From the NCBI GenBank assembly GCA_048013815.1, contig CM106585.1, positions 20,522,001 through 20,586,000 of the forward strand: a stretch of 64,000 nt of DNA, read 5' to 3'. The stretch comes from Setoptus koraiensis (lineage: Eukaryota; Animalia; Arthropoda). Numbering within the stretch: position 1 is the stretch's first letter; each line of letters begins with the position of its first letter. Both the position numbers and the translations under genes were made by a program. Below are positions 49,278-63,533 of the stretch, one piece after another. Under the pieces are notes generated by a model that worked only from the letters and a program-made list of their open reading frames with translations, did no database searches and was not told where the DNA came from.

Positions 49278-52200
49278 TGTAGTCATGTCATATCGCACCA
49301 TGATGTTGTATGCGCGCCCGAATCGTATGAAATCCAGTGAAATGTATGTTCCAATTGGGCACGCGTTGGTTTGCGTGAAATGGAACCAGCGAGCGTGGCC
49401 ACGATTTCGAGCCGCCAGTTTATGACGCGATTAGATGGCCCCCCGAGAATGAGTCATGGAGAACGTGGTGGTTGGTTCACGTGTTTGTGTGTGTGTGTGT
49501 GTGTCATCCATAATATTTGTTGTTGTGTGGGCCATTGTTGTGTCATGATGTGATTTTCATGCAACGAAACGGTTATTTGGTTTGAATAATTTGAGTGTGT
49601 CATTTAGAATCAATAGTTGACAATAACATAGTAGTAGTTGGCCAGCATTTGTTTGTTCCATCCGATCGAGTGGCATAGTAATAATAATAATAATCATCAT
49701 TTTGTGGTTTATGGCGTTGTGGCGATCAGCGTGGGCGCGTTACAGCGGCGGGGTTCAGTGGTTAAGAGAGGCGATATTTGAGGCAAATAATAAATGAATA
49801 GTAATACAGTTAGTGATATGTTTCGACAGAGGAAGGGTAAAGCTGTTTGCAATGTCAATATATGCGATATCGCCACCGATATCGCCACCAATATCTAAAT
49901 TGCACAATTTAATGCGCCTCATACAACAAGAAGCATGGAAATCACTCATTGTATTCATTTCAAATGCGAAGCGAAAACCGGATGGAATTGTCAATTGTTT
50001 GCTAATGGTACACACACTCTTACACAATTTCGCTGCCGTGCAGCCAGATGATAATGATGGTCGTCGTCATAAATCTCCACCAAGAATGTATGCTTGCAGT
50101 AATAATACGACGGCCTCCGACATTATTGGCCTCTCCATTGCAGGCTTCCAATGGCTCACCCTTGTGAGCCATTGGAAGTGAATCGTCTCCCTCTCGCGCT
50201 CTCGAATTATCCACTACGGAGGACACCTTATCATCTGCTGTGTGCCATTAATAACTAGCGATGGCAGTTTTGTTATCGATGGACAGTTTCGGGCAAAATG
50301 GTCGCAACTGCGACCGACGCACAAAAACAAAACAAAAGAAGACATAATTCACTGGTGATTCATCGGTGGTGATGATCAATGACATGCGCGCATGAGAATT
50401 GGCTGGTCTCAAGTGAGCGCCATAAGTGAGATTGCTATTACCAATATTATTACTATTACCATCAGTATTATCACCGATGGCATTGTTGTCATTGCTATTG
50501 CCAGTTTGCTATTACCATTGCTAGTGCCATTGGTGCTAGCGGTTAGCACCGATGCCCGTTTACTCGGGTTATCCGCGCCAGATTCCTACCCGATTCGCCG
50601 CGATTCGCCCCGATTCGGGTCGGCTTCGGGTAGCAATCTGAGCGAGACCTCAGACTCGGATCGGGTTTTTCGAATTTCGAAATTTCGCGAATATCTGCGT
50701 TTTTTTTTTTCTGCAAACGGACATTTGAGCAAAAGCCGCCGATGATGATCATCGGATGATCCGCCGGTAACCGACGTTACTTTTTTACGACGAGTTCGGG
50801 TTGTGTTCGGCTAAAAGAAGAAGAAGAATTGAAGCGGGTCGGGTATCCGTCACGGATATTCGTGCCCGCCTCTAATGGCTACCATTGCTAGTATTGTTGA
50901 CTCGATATTGTCGACAATGCCAAACGACAAATGTAACTCATCAACAGTTGACTACAATTCGTTGTCAATGCAAATGGGACAGCGATAATAAAAATCTGAA
51001 CGCAAGGTATAATTTGACGCATCATGTTTCGGTGTGTTTCCGGCGCGCAATAGTTGCGTTTTCATTAAAATCGCAGCTATATAATATAGATCGATTATTA
51101 TTTGTTGTATGATATTTGTTTGCGGACTCATACAAGACACAATGGTAATAGAGACACACAAAACACTAATAATAATACTAATAATACTATCAATGAAAAC
51201 CCATCAGTGGAAACTCGCTGTCAATGCATTATATCAGACTAAGGACCCACACACATAAACAAATTATAACATCAACCTGGCCGGCGCCATCATTACACGT
51301 GCAGTTATTATGTACGCGAGAGTTGCCACACTATGCAGGGTTATGTAATAAAAGCAAGACAGTGCCGGTATTAGGCGGACAACGTAGCGCATATGGTGCC
51401 ATCAGCATAATAATATGTATTTTTTTCACATATAGAGTGATGTAACAATACACTCAAGCGTCAATACTTGAGCGTCTCTGTTACTATTGCGTGCTCGCTA
51501 TTTTTGGGGCCTCTCTGCCCATTTCGCCTATTGGCCTGCTGGCTGAAATTAGCATAAGATGGCCATAGATTAGAGAGGCAGCAACAATACGGCGGCCAAC
51601 AGCGAACACAACAATGGGCGCCCAGCCTATAGAGAGAAAAGATTCGAGAGAGAGAGAGAGATTGTTTTCTCGCATATTCATAAGGCGCACATGCACAGGC
51701 ATTCAAGCCGACGGCAGTGGCCTGATTATAATAGGAATAATGATAATGATTATAATTTGGCCAGCAGTGCAGCATTGGCCCCAAAGTGGAAGCCAAGCTA
51801 AACAATTGCCAAAAGGTAACATGAAAACTCGTGCTGCCCTCTCTGCTGCCAATGCAGCGGGCCTCATCGGACTCAAGTCGACAGCATCAATTCGGGCAAA
51901 ACAACTCGATAAATGTTCTTCAGCTCGCGCCCAGTAGATGGTGCGTTGGATGGTGGGTCGCGTGGGCCACACAGACACAAATTGGCACCGTCACTCTATG
52001 TTAGTTGTTAGTTGTACCCTTTCAAACCGGTTCAAAACGGTTAACCGTTAAGCGGCGTTAACCGTTAACCACTAACTTACTCTGTATGCATGTCCATTGT
52101 GGGCTGGCCTCTTCATAACACCACGCAACCATTACGCAACGCGCGGTACCTACGCGGGGGTACGCGCGCGCGTACAGTACGTGCGGTGTTGCGAGAACAA

Positions 52201-55200
52201 GAATAAAGCAAATCACTATTACATAACACTATTACCATGTAGTGGCAACACAAGGCCGCTTACGTAACTGTTGTTGTGTAACTTCGTTCGTTTTGTCTTT
52301 TCTCGTTGTGTTTTTCTTTTCACAGCAGCGCGCCTCAAACTGGCACTGACGCCGACTGACTGGCTGGCTGGCTGGCTATTGTCTGTTGGACCGATGAGTC
52401 AGACAACGTTTTGAGCGCACTACTTTGTTGGACACGAACAGAAAGAGTCCAAGAGATTTGTTGTTCGGTTGTTTGTCGAACGCCCGTGCGCCAGCTTGAC
52501 TCGAAAAACAGACAAAACGGACAAAAATTGCCACTACTGGTGAGAGAAATAAAGACAGAGCGCGCAATTCAAGCGGAAACGCTAATCTCGACCCTTCTCG
52601 GGGGAAATTGCCGAAACTTGCCGTCTGAGGCTACCACCGTATTGTGCCGTGGTGGGCCCCACCAGCACATGATGCGGACACAGCGCGCACAGTTGGGCCC
52701 GCTGAGCGTTAGTTTTGAGCCGGCACAATTCAGTAACTGACGACACTGTGAAGCATGCGCTGCTGATCAGTAATCATCAGCCTCTAACAAGTAAGTAGGC
52801 ATCAGACCGGAAGTGATCACGACGAAACCGAACAACGCGCCTTCCTGAGGCTTCGTTTGCGACACCCAATATACGCTCGCTATGCTGCTGTTGAGCGACA
52901 TGCGTGTTGACGTTTACAAATGACACTCTTTTGGGATTCTTTTCTTTTGGACGGCGCGAAAATAAACTCTCGGGCGCATTATCGACGTGCGATGGACGTG
53001 CTTCATTAGCATGTTCGTGCTCGATTTGCTCGTGTTTTTGTGTGTTATTTTCTGGTGGCCGTCGTCTGGTGACACCGAGAGACGCCGTTGCCGCCCGCGG
53101 CCGATCAAATACCGAAACAACCCATTATTACCTACCTTGACATTTGAGCCGGTTTCTGTTGATTTGTTGCAGTTTCTCGCCATACACTCTGCTGGGTCCC
53201 TCGCAAGTCGCCTCGCTTGTTTCAACCGGGTTCGTCTGCAGATAATCGGCCAGCCATCTGAGATTGCAATCGCAAATGAACGGATTCTTGCCTAGATGGC
53301 TGTGGGTGCGTACGTGTTGGCCGTTGTCAATGATGTCGTCGTTGTTGTCGTTTTTGCAGTTGTCGTTGTTGCAGTTGCAGTTGGTGCAATCAATTTGGTT
53401 GTGCCGCGGTTCATGGTATCATGGAGAAAGGGGAAAAGACGAGAGAATAGATAAGTAATGTGGCCATTCCGAAGTCTGGATGTTTAAATGGCAAGCTCAT
53501 GCAGTTGTCGTGTGTCTTGCTTCAGTGTCAATAAATTTGTCAGCGAGTTGTCTCAGTGTGTGTGTGTGTGTGTGTGTGTTGCTCGCCCACTCGCCTGGCC
53601 GTGCACGACGACAAGAATTAAACAGTCTAGGTGAGTCACAAAATCACGAATTTCGAGCCAGTTGGATGTCGGCGCGAGTTAATGCCAGATAGGCTGCTGC
53701 TGCTGCTGTTGTCGGGCTAGTAACACCAGCCGGCGTGCCAGACGTGTCTTATCGCCTCTTTCGGGGCAACGCGTCACGCAGTTGGACTCGATATTATCCG
53801 TCGCAAGCTCGGCTGCAACTTTTGCCTGTAACAGCAGCGCCATAAATAAGTTCATTCATTTTGTTCAAAATGGGAACAGTTCAGGCATGAAATTGAAATC
53901 AAATCATTCACACTTGCTGATTTTGTATTTGTGTGTTACTTTACGCCCGACTTGATTTGGGTTCAATTTGTCACATCACACAACACAGCATTGTCTGTTT
54001 TGTTACATTAAGTTTAGTGAACATTCTGGCTGGCGCATTTGGCCTTATTTTTATATAAACTGTCCACTGGACTGAAAAATGTGCACGCGCCTTCGTGTCT
54101 CCTCCGACAGGCCGGCTGGCTGGCCGGCCGGCCCTCGCTGACCTGGCAAGCTAATGACATTTTCGGCTAGCCAGCAGCCGATGTCCAGATGTCATATTTG
54201 CGCGCTTGAATGGAATCGCATCGACGCTGAGCGTTCGCGACAAATTGTCAACGTCATGTTGCACGGCCAGCATTGGCTCGGCGTAGAGGAACTGGAAGAG
54301 GCCACTGGATGGCGCAGCAGTTGATTAAACAGAAAATAAATAATGCCAATTAAATGCAATAGGATGTGAATGAAAAATGATGGCCAACGGGCTCTTGTAT
54401 ATCTGTATTTGTTACATCGCTGTGACGCTGTGGCGTACAAGTGTAACGACAGCCGTATATCTGGGCCGTTGTGATGTGTCCAGCAGCGAGAGCGAGTTTT
54501 TTTCGCGAAATTAATGGCTTTCGCCAATCAAGCAAAATGGCCAACAACAAAACGGGCCAAAAATATCAATCGATCGCCATTGGAATCACCATTGGCATGA
54601 GCCGACGGGCTGGCCGTCACTCGGCGATCACTTGATCACATCAAGACTGATGTGATGCCGTGCAGCCCGCGCACTGGCCTCGCTGTCGCTGGCCTCGCTG
54701 TTGCTGGCCTCGATTTCGAAGCTGGCTCGCAAGTTGGCCGGTCCGCCGGCTCGACGGGCCCCGGCCGGGTTGCCTGGCAACAAGATACCGCCGGCGCATA
54801 ATCAAGCGTTCGCCGTGTTTTTGGCTCGGCTGCTCGGCTCGGCTCTGCTGAGCAGAGTATCAAATTCAGTTTCGGCTCGTTAGTCGGCGCTGGGCGCCTC
54901 TGTCCGTCGTTCAATTTGGTCGCAGTGGCGCCAAGACGCGCTCCCCCTTGTCGTTGGCGTGTTCGTTGCCCCGGACCTAGACTAATGTGCCAGCAACCAA
55001 TAATGTCCGGCAAACAATTTCATGGTGCGCACACAGTATCGCAACAAATGGGTCGCGGGGCCAGCGGCAGCGCAACGCAACAACCGTTGGCCATTAGCAT
55101 TGGCATGAAATAATAGTACAAATAAGCAATATCTGGCCAGATAATCAATGATCGGACGCGCAAATGAAAACAACTTTTCGGCAACTAGACATGAAACATC

Positions 55201-58200
55201 GGCCCAATTGGCAATTGCGCCCGATAAATATGAGCGTCAGGGCGAGCGCAATTTGCAGCGACAATCGAATATGTGTGTGCCGTCGGTGCACATGGGGCCC
55301 TGGGATATAAGCGCCACAGTGGCGATAGTTGATAGCGCCACGCCAGAAAGCACCTCAATTTGTGCAAATTGCCCCAACACAGAAAAACAAGAAAAGCCCA
55401 ACGCTTTGTTTGGGGCCCATTGCTGGCCTCATATTATAAGCGACAGCGTATATTATATATTGTTGTTGCACCTACTTCCCTGTGGTCATTTTCATGGCTC
55501 CCTGGGGCGCTTTCTCGGCTGGCTAGCTGGCCGGGCGCGCCGCCAACAGTGGGCCGGTCGCGCACTGGCAGCGACACTTGATTGACATTCATGATTTAAT
55601 TTTCCGTTGTGTCATCTAGTTTCACAATGTCTCCGTTGCGGGTCTCTGCTGGCACCGTTGTCGCCGTTGCTGCCGTTGGTGCCGCTGGTGCCGCTGATGG
55701 GCGCCCACTCTCGCCAGAACAAATTACATTTAATGGCCGTCTTAAATAACTGCACACTGGCCGCCTTGTATCCGCAACAGCGACAACTATCGGCCGGCGA
55801 CAATATCTCACAGTCGGCCAATAACGTCATGCTGGCGCACTGTGTCTGGGGTGACAATTTAGCTGGCTGGCGGGCGGGCGGGCGGGCAGGCGGGAATTAC
55901 GTAACAATGGCCAGTGTCGGTATCACACTCGACTCATGTGATTGCGAGAGCTTAAAACAAAGCTCTTGAGAGCGCAAGTCAACGTGATTTGCATATTGCA
56001 ACCATTTAAGTTTGTGTGCCACTTCTGGGCCAGATTAGCTATTTCGGCGTCGTCCTAGGCTCAAAATTGTGTTTGCACATTTTGTGTAGCCCAAATACGC
56101 GGACAGCCGCACCAACTGGATATTCGAGCGCAGTCTAAATGGAGGATATTTGAGCATATCCGACCATATTCGAGCATATTCCACGAGAGCCCAGAGAAGA
56201 AGACGAGCCGCTTCTTGCACTTCTCAAGTGTGCTCTATCTGCGGATAATCTGGCGTGGCGCTCTCACGTTACACTGGCAGTTCGGGCACTCAATTGGGTT
56301 CGAATCAATACTAGCGAGTCGATAGCTCAATAATGGAGCCTATTCTGCACTTGCTGTTAGTGGCCGCTTTTGAGCCTTCTCGCAAGCCTCTTCAGATGGG
56401 ATTTGACGAAATTCCAAGGATAGGCAAATTGAGCTGTCAAACTTGTGCCAGCGCGCTGGCTAATGTTACACAGCAAACCAGCAAAAATCGTGCCAGAACG
56501 CAAGTGAAAACAACCATTGGTTTTGGCTAGCAAATTTTGATTGATCATGGCCGGCCCGACGGCCGATTTTATCAGCGCCATCTCTTATCTGTGCGTTTTA
56601 TCGTGGCCGGTTTCTGACATGGCCCGCATCATCTCGTTATGGTCGTTGGCTGCAAATCTCTCATATAGCAACTATGTGTGTTCGCTATGGCCTAAAGGTG
56701 ACCGAGCATCTTATATATCGTGCGGCCGCCACTATGGCCACTCATAGAAAATGACAATAAATCTCTCTCTCTCTTCATTTTTCTATCCGCGACGACGCTC
56801 TTGAGAACATTAAATGCAAAATTCCACTTGTCGCTCTACGGACAACAACAACAACAACAAGTAGTTGGCCTAGTGGTCGCCACCATTTGCAGTCGCTGCC
56901 AATCAGTGGCGGCGCTGCGAGAACGGCCACAAATGAAGGAGAAAAAGGAAAAGAGAAAAATCTGATTTTGATTTTATCATTGGCGCCTAGTGCGGAATCA
57001 CCTGTTTGTTTTGCTCGGCGGTTGTTTGGCGCAAGATGGTGCCCACGATGGCGATCGCTATGATAGACGGCGTGCATCATCTGGCGTTTAGTAGTATATT
57101 TATTTAGCACACACACACACACACACACACACAAATTGAGATGATAATATGACTGAATAATATCTAACTCGACTCACAACTAACTGGCGCATCAAGCCTG
57201 GGTAAACATTGCCCAAATGATGCAACCGAAATGTATGCTGACGTTGTTTGAGCAAACAAGTGTCTAACTAATCAATGGTTGTTGGTCAGTGATCAAATGA
57301 TGCACTGCTCACTAAAACTATTATTACGACGACGACGACTACTACCAATTATTGCGGGCACTCAAGTGATTTGTTTGCGCTGTTTAATGCGCTCTACGTA
57401 GATGGCCGCTGATACGGCGCGCCGCTTCTCACCAGCAACCGATTCTCGACAACATACAGTAACAACAACACAATATTGATATATCTGTATAATGTGCATG
57501 TTTATGTGTATAAATATAAAATAAAATGAAATATCTGGTGGTAATGATGATGCCCGAATGAACAAACAAATGAGCCAGCTCACTGATACTAATTGCGGCC
57601 AGCGAGCTAAAAGTTGCCGCAGACATATTACCTATTGGGCAATGGGGCAAACTTGAATAGTGCATAAATAAATGGTAACCTACACAAACGCACAATTTTA
57701 TTAGTGGTGCCATTAGCTCGAAATAATACCAACCAAAATGAGTGTGTGTTCCAATGGTAATATTTCCATCTTGAAAAGTATCTTTTTCTCTCTGTTTGGG
57801 CAAGCAACGCAGTGATCGAATTTTAGTGTTCGAATGATTAATGAGCAACAATCATTGTCATCGTAATTATCTTGCAACAGAGACTAAATACATAGTTAAT
57901 GCGATTCTCGTCCTATTGATAAGTTCAATGAGAGGCTGCTATAATGTCATTCATACAGCGCTCGCTACATGGCGTCTCATAACGACAAATAATAACGACA
58001 AAGACTAACTTTGTGAGATGTACACAGTACATGTAGAAAACAGTAGCGATGTAATGAATTTTTAGATGGTGCTCATTATTATTATTAATATTATTACTAC
58101 TATCGTTCCATTATGATCGAGCTCGCTAAACTAGCGCACCAAAGCACGCTATCGGCATGGCAATATCTAGCTAACAAACATCGCAATCCATGATATACGA

Positions 58201-61200
58201 TATTGAGACGATATTGAGACGACAACGAGATGGTCTCAATTTGGTCCTAATGAATATCCAATGAAGCGTCGCCTCCACAAGCGCACATGTACATTCTCTC
58301 TGGGCGCCCCTCTTCGCCGTCCCATAACGCCGTCCTTGTTGGCCCTCTCTCTTTTTACCCCATACTCACTAAATTGTCTGCCTCTTGTATTGTGGCTAGC
58401 ACGAGAAACAAAATCTCGGCTCTTTGCTCCGCTGGCCTCGCCATTAGACCAAAAATAAAGATCAAACCACGGACAACCCAACGATGTCGATCGGCGCGTG
58501 GGGACATGCACCACTGACCGTGCACCAACATTTATATGCTGTTGTCTACTGGCCCAGTAGTACTGGGCGCGTTGTTGTCTAGGCCGCTGGCATTAACTAA
58601 ATTTCAATAAATATCGTGTCATTATTATTGGCAGCTCCTCAGCTCGCTCGCTTCTCCCCCCCCCCGCGGTGCAAGCAACTGAGCGAGCACCAATATTACA
58701 CAAACCCGGCCCAAACATTAAGTATAGTGAGGCTAAGGCCACAAGAGGTGAATTTGATCATCATCATCATCACAGTGAACGCAATGATGTTACGCAATAA
58801 AGTTTGTTTGGCGCTGGTGGCAGAAAATGTAGAGTCGTTTATCACATGATTAAGTGCGGTGTATCGTTTACTCGCTATTGGTTGCTGTTCACTATTTGTT
58901 GCTCGCCGAATTCAATCAGTTTCACTTGAGCGAACACTCGGCTAATCAGATTACAACAGGAGTAAGTGATACGATTTGTACATTTGCGCCAATTGCCACT
59001 GTGAGCAAATGTGCACAAGAGGGGCCATTATCATGGTTGCATAACTATAACTTACAACTGTTAGTTGAATTGCAACTGGACTACAAAAATACTATAATCA
59101 GTGTAATTTGCAAACAAATACACCGAATGCACAACATACTGCCGGCAACAAGCTGCCATTAACGTTAGTTGCACGGTGATATTAATTGTGGCCACTGGTT
59201 TTGTTGCCAGTTCTAGTTGAGTTGTTACTGTTGCGCGCATCGCCACTGGACAGCATACTACTTGTTGTAGCGTCTGTCGTCGGCGAGCCAAGGCTGCAGG
59301 GGGATTATCCCGCATCAGAATGCGCATATTTCGCAAGTGAGGGGGGGGGACCCAAGGAATGTTATCTCTTGCATAATAATCCTGTGAATAATCGCGTTCG
59401 TTTATTTTAACTTTTTCGCCAGCGCACAATATGTACCATTGTACAGTATGTATGATTTGTGCTGTGTTTGGGCACACACTGGAGATGAAACGAAATCAAG
59501 ATCTACGTTCGTGAGCTGGCTGCGATCTAACAACAATCGCGCTGATGTGGGCATCGTCAGTCACCCGATAGCTAGCGAGTTGCACACACCAACTATTAAC
59601 AATCGTAAGCCAATTTGCAGCCATAATCGCTTTTCTTCGAGATGTTAAAAAGGGCGCATTGGAACATATTGATAGGCTCACAAAAATTGGACAGCCAAGT
59701 ATCGGTTCGAGGTTACACATTGCCGCTGTAGTGTACATTTGTATGGCCATGGTTGTTGTTGGCGCCGATTTGGCCGAATCAGCGGCGCTCATTGTGAGAT
59801 TTGCAACAGAGGATTATAATGAACAGAAGAGGACGTTTTCTTTGGTCCAATCGTCCGATATCGAGTTTCTTCTCACACATTGGATAACATCGGTGGATGG
59901 TCACGTATTGGCGCGTTGTTAATCACTAATGTGCACATTCAACATTTGAAATGTACAATAGGTCCTATTGAATAGGAGACAAGTTCAATATTGATCGAGT
60001 CAAACAACATAAAATAAATAAATACAATGCGACCGGTTCGCACAGGCAACCGGGGCAAGTTTGCAGCCGATTGTTGCTGCTGCATTTGCGATTGCCGTTG
60101 CCGGTCCAATCACGTCGAGCCGGACCAACAGACAACGACGGAGGGAATTTAGTTTCAGTTGTGTGATTATTTTACACACAATCAAAATCAGAGGCACTTG
60201 TGACGGGCGAGCGAATATAGGCGAGCAATGGCGAGCAATGGCAAGCAACGGCGAGAAGAAAACGCAAAGTGGAGCGGCGTGCCAATCGCAGGCTAGACGG
60301 CAGGTACCGACGAAAAAAGCCGGTTGTGATCCCTTTTTGGCACGAACAGCGCCGGCCGCAAGAATTGAATTTCAAATTAAAGTTTTAGAATCACAGATCG
60401 ACCATGTGGTGCCCCACAACGAATATCGTCAATCGGTGCATGCGAGCGTTGGTAAACAGCCCGCAACAAACAGCAAACAAACAATTAAAACACAAACACA
60501 TTAGCTCGACTGGTTGCCAGCTATTTGTTGTGTGTGTGCACGTGATAAAATGCACTTTTTAACAAATGGTTAAAAGCTTCAGCAACCAGTTGGTGTTTAT
60601 ATGACACCACTAATAGTGTTATTTATCGTCGCTGGTCAGTGGCGCTGGCTGGCCGACAAGCCAGCCGTTGCTGTTCGTGTGCAGTTGGCTGGCCAATAGT
60701 TAATTACACTAACACCAGTGGCGAAAAGTGTTTGCACCAGCAACTCACAACTCTTGTCAGAAACGATCAATATCGACGCTACTGGCTGCAAAATATTCTG
60801 GCGTGTCGAATTTGTGAGCGCGTCGAAAAAGAAGCGCGCACACAGCAAAAGAATTGTTGATCTTTGTCGTGTTGCTTGCTTGAGAAGGGATAATTCGGGC
60901 CAACAATACCTAATATTGGGCAGCATCAGCATTCTGTCAGCGGACCGTTGGCGCCGTTGTGTCTGGGAAAGTCGCTGCCGGCCAACAAGGCAAACAAACG
61001 GGGCTATTCGTATCAAACTTTTACAACAGATCCGATGGCCAGTCTGACACACACTGATGAGGCCCGTGCATTGTCAGCTTGAGTAAACACACACACACAC
61101 ACACACAAACACGCTGAGAAACGCGGGCAAACAAATGCACAAACATGCACCGAAATGCTACCCGTTTATTTGTTGTTTGCCATCATTTGAATAATTCTAT

Positions 61201-61807
61201 TTGAGTGAGAAAAGAGATGCATGTGCCAAGTTTACTTACATTGTCTTGATGTTTGTGAAAGCCTCAAATGTTCCGTTAGACATAGAATCTATGTTGTTGT
61301 CGTACAGTGATAGCAAATTTAAATTGTTTAGATGCTTAAACAGTGCATTGGGTATGCATGATAATTGATTGGCGTTTAGCATGAGCAATTGTAAAGAGTG
61401 CAAGTCATGAAAAAGTTGCGCTGGCAATTGTGTTAATTTATTGCTAAACAATATCAACGTGTTCAATTGGTGTAAGCCAGAAAAAGCGCTTGCATCGATC
61501 TTGACGATGTTGTTGTTCGATAAATCAATTCTTTGAAGTTTTTTCATGCCCTGAAAGGCACTTGGGCCAATCTCTGTGATATTGTTGCGCTCCAAGCGGA
61601 TGCGTCGTGTGTCGCGCGGAAACCCCTTGCCGGGCACTCTCACTAGGCCCCTGTTAGAGCAATCTACATTGTCGCGCTGGCAATCGCACTCTTGCGGACA
61701 GCTTACAATGGTCTGTTGTTGTTGTTGTTGCTGCTGCTGCGGATATTGTATGTAATTCGAAAGGGATCCGTATGATGCGAGCACAAATGAAGCGTCTTGC
61801 ACTGATG
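46705..61807 (-). CDS. slit: Slit (partial): LRR domains D2-D4 and EGF repeats; exons 61807-61240, 53299-53136, 48991-48772, 48566-46705
   Basis: Exon 1 matches Slit D2 (RIDLSNNNI, LLMLNANQLSCI, LSLYDNNI). An exon missing from the ORF track (53299-53136) reads HLGKNPFICDCNLRWLADYLQTNPVETS. D3, D4 (LSLHGN, LGSNPLYCDC) and three EGF repeats follow. All joins are GT-AG and keep frame. Confidence 0.93.
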
Positions 61808-61860
61808 CTGAAAATAAATATAATAAAACTGCTAAAAGCACTGTCGAGACACGACGCCAA

Positions 61861-62360
61861 NNNNNNNNNNNNNNNNNNNNNNNNNNNNNNNNNNNNNNNN
61901 NNNNNNNNNNNNNNNNNNNNNNNNNNNNNNNNNNNNNNNNNNNNNNNNNNNNNNNNNNNNNNNNNNNNNNNNNNNNNNNNNNNNNNNNNNNNNNNNNNNN
62001 NNNNNNNNNNNNNNNNNNNNNNNNNNNNNNNNNNNNNNNNNNNNNNNNNNNNNNNNNNNNNNNNNNNNNNNNNNNNNNNNNNNNNNNNNNNNNNNNNNNN
62101 NNNNNNNNNNNNNNNNNNNNNNNNNNNNNNNNNNNNNNNNNNNNNNNNNNNNNNNNNNNNNNNNNNNNNNNNNNNNNNNNNNNNNNNNNNNNNNNNNNNN
62201 NNNNNNNNNNNNNNNNNNNNNNNNNNNNNNNNNNNNNNNNNNNNNNNNNNNNNNNNNNNNNNNNNNNNNNNNNNNNNNNNNNNNNNNNNNNNNNNNNNNN
62301 NNNNNNNNNNNNNNNNNNNNNNNNNNNNNNNNNNNNNNNNNNNNNNNNNNNNNNNNNNNN
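61861..62360. other. Scaffold gap (500 N)
   Basis: Run of N bases. Confidence 1.
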
Positions 62361-62362
62361 AA

Positions 62363-62689
62363 TTGAGGGAAAAATTAATATTCCCCGTCTACAAGATGGT
62401 ATGCAGTATTGGCTATAATCCTCAATACAAAAACGAGCAACGTTCTTTGGAAGTGCATCTTTTGAATCCTTTCAAATTCAACTTCTACAATTCGCACCTA
62501 AAAGTTGTCATCTGTGGCAAAGAACGAGATCAGTGCACATACAAATCGCTGGACGAATTGAAAGAGGCCATCAGGAAAGATGTAGATTTTTCGAGGACAG
62601 TACTGAGCGACATTAAATGGAAAACTATAAAAGAAGGGAGTTTCTTTGAGTCTAGCAACATAGAAAGTACAAATGATAGTAGTAATTGA
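62363..62689 (+). CDS. RFK: Riboflavin kinase, 3' part (5' part lost in the gap)
   Basis: VYKMVCSIGYNPQYKNEQRSLEVHLL...FYNSHLKVVICG...SLDELKEAIRKD matches the RFK C-terminal half. Confidence 0.88.
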   Translation: MREKLIFPVYKMVCSIGYNPQYKNEQRSLEVHLLNPFKFNFYNSHLKVVICGKERDQCTYKSLDELKEAIRKDVDFSRTVLSDIKWKTIKEGSFFESSNIESTNDSSN

Positions 62690-63533
62690 TTCCTTGGAGG
62701 ATTTACAACTACAATGAGCGTCTCGGACAGCATATTAAGTCAAAAGTATTTATGTGATTCAGAGAGGGTTATATTGATTGTAGCAATCGTTAAACTAGCA
62801 AAATTATTATTTTATGTAATTAGTAGGTATTTGTAATAAAAATATAATAGATAAAAATTTTCATTTTCACATTTATGGCAAGTAATAGATATTTTGCAGA
62901 AAAAGAGATAGCTATCGAGTTATTTTCGGTTGTTAACTTGGTGTGGTCACATTTTTGACGATTTTCATGTTTGAATCTACCGCCGGTTAGTCTGGTCTCG
63001 CTAGTGGGGGAAAGTATAGTTACTTGTCCGTACTCATGTTCGTTGTGGTATGGTTGTGTGCACATACCGGATAAGGCTGAATCACGGTGTTTGCGCACAA
63101 TTTTGCGCTCAAGCGTTGGCCGGCCATGCACAGATAAAGAAGCGTGCACCACACAAAAACGCGTGTAATATAATGCCTCTATTATTCACATCGTTGTTTA
63201 TCGTCCAATCGCGCCGATATTCACAAGAGTCGCTGCTTTCATGCATGCTGCTGCAGGACATACCAACAATATAATTATTACTAATACCATTAATAATATA
63301 TATAGCCACGAATAATTTAGAACCACATCAATAATATTAAAATATTCAAAATAATTGACCAGATATTCCTAAATTAAAAACGAACAAAACAATTTTATAT
63401 TATTATTTGTTCTAATACTAATTGTTCAACATAGCTCACCATCCGACTACTATTAATACGGCAACACGAAATAATATTTTATTTCAAGTGACAATATAAT
63501 ACAAGCACCCCATACACTACTCTACGATATATC

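Noticed and set aside
49000-61200. Short ORFs inside the Slit introns
   Set aside because: No homology signal apart from the true Slit exon at 53299-53136; they are consistent with chance.
61808-61841. Apparent signal peptide MLLAVLLYLFS at the start of the Slit ORF, implying Slit begins at D2
   Set aside because: The ORF starts at GTG and the segment is a T-rich intron end with an AG acceptor. D1 loss cannot be claimed next to a gap.
61772-62689. 305-aa ORF in the track
   Set aside because: It is an artefact of translating through N. Only 62363-62689 (RFK) is supported.
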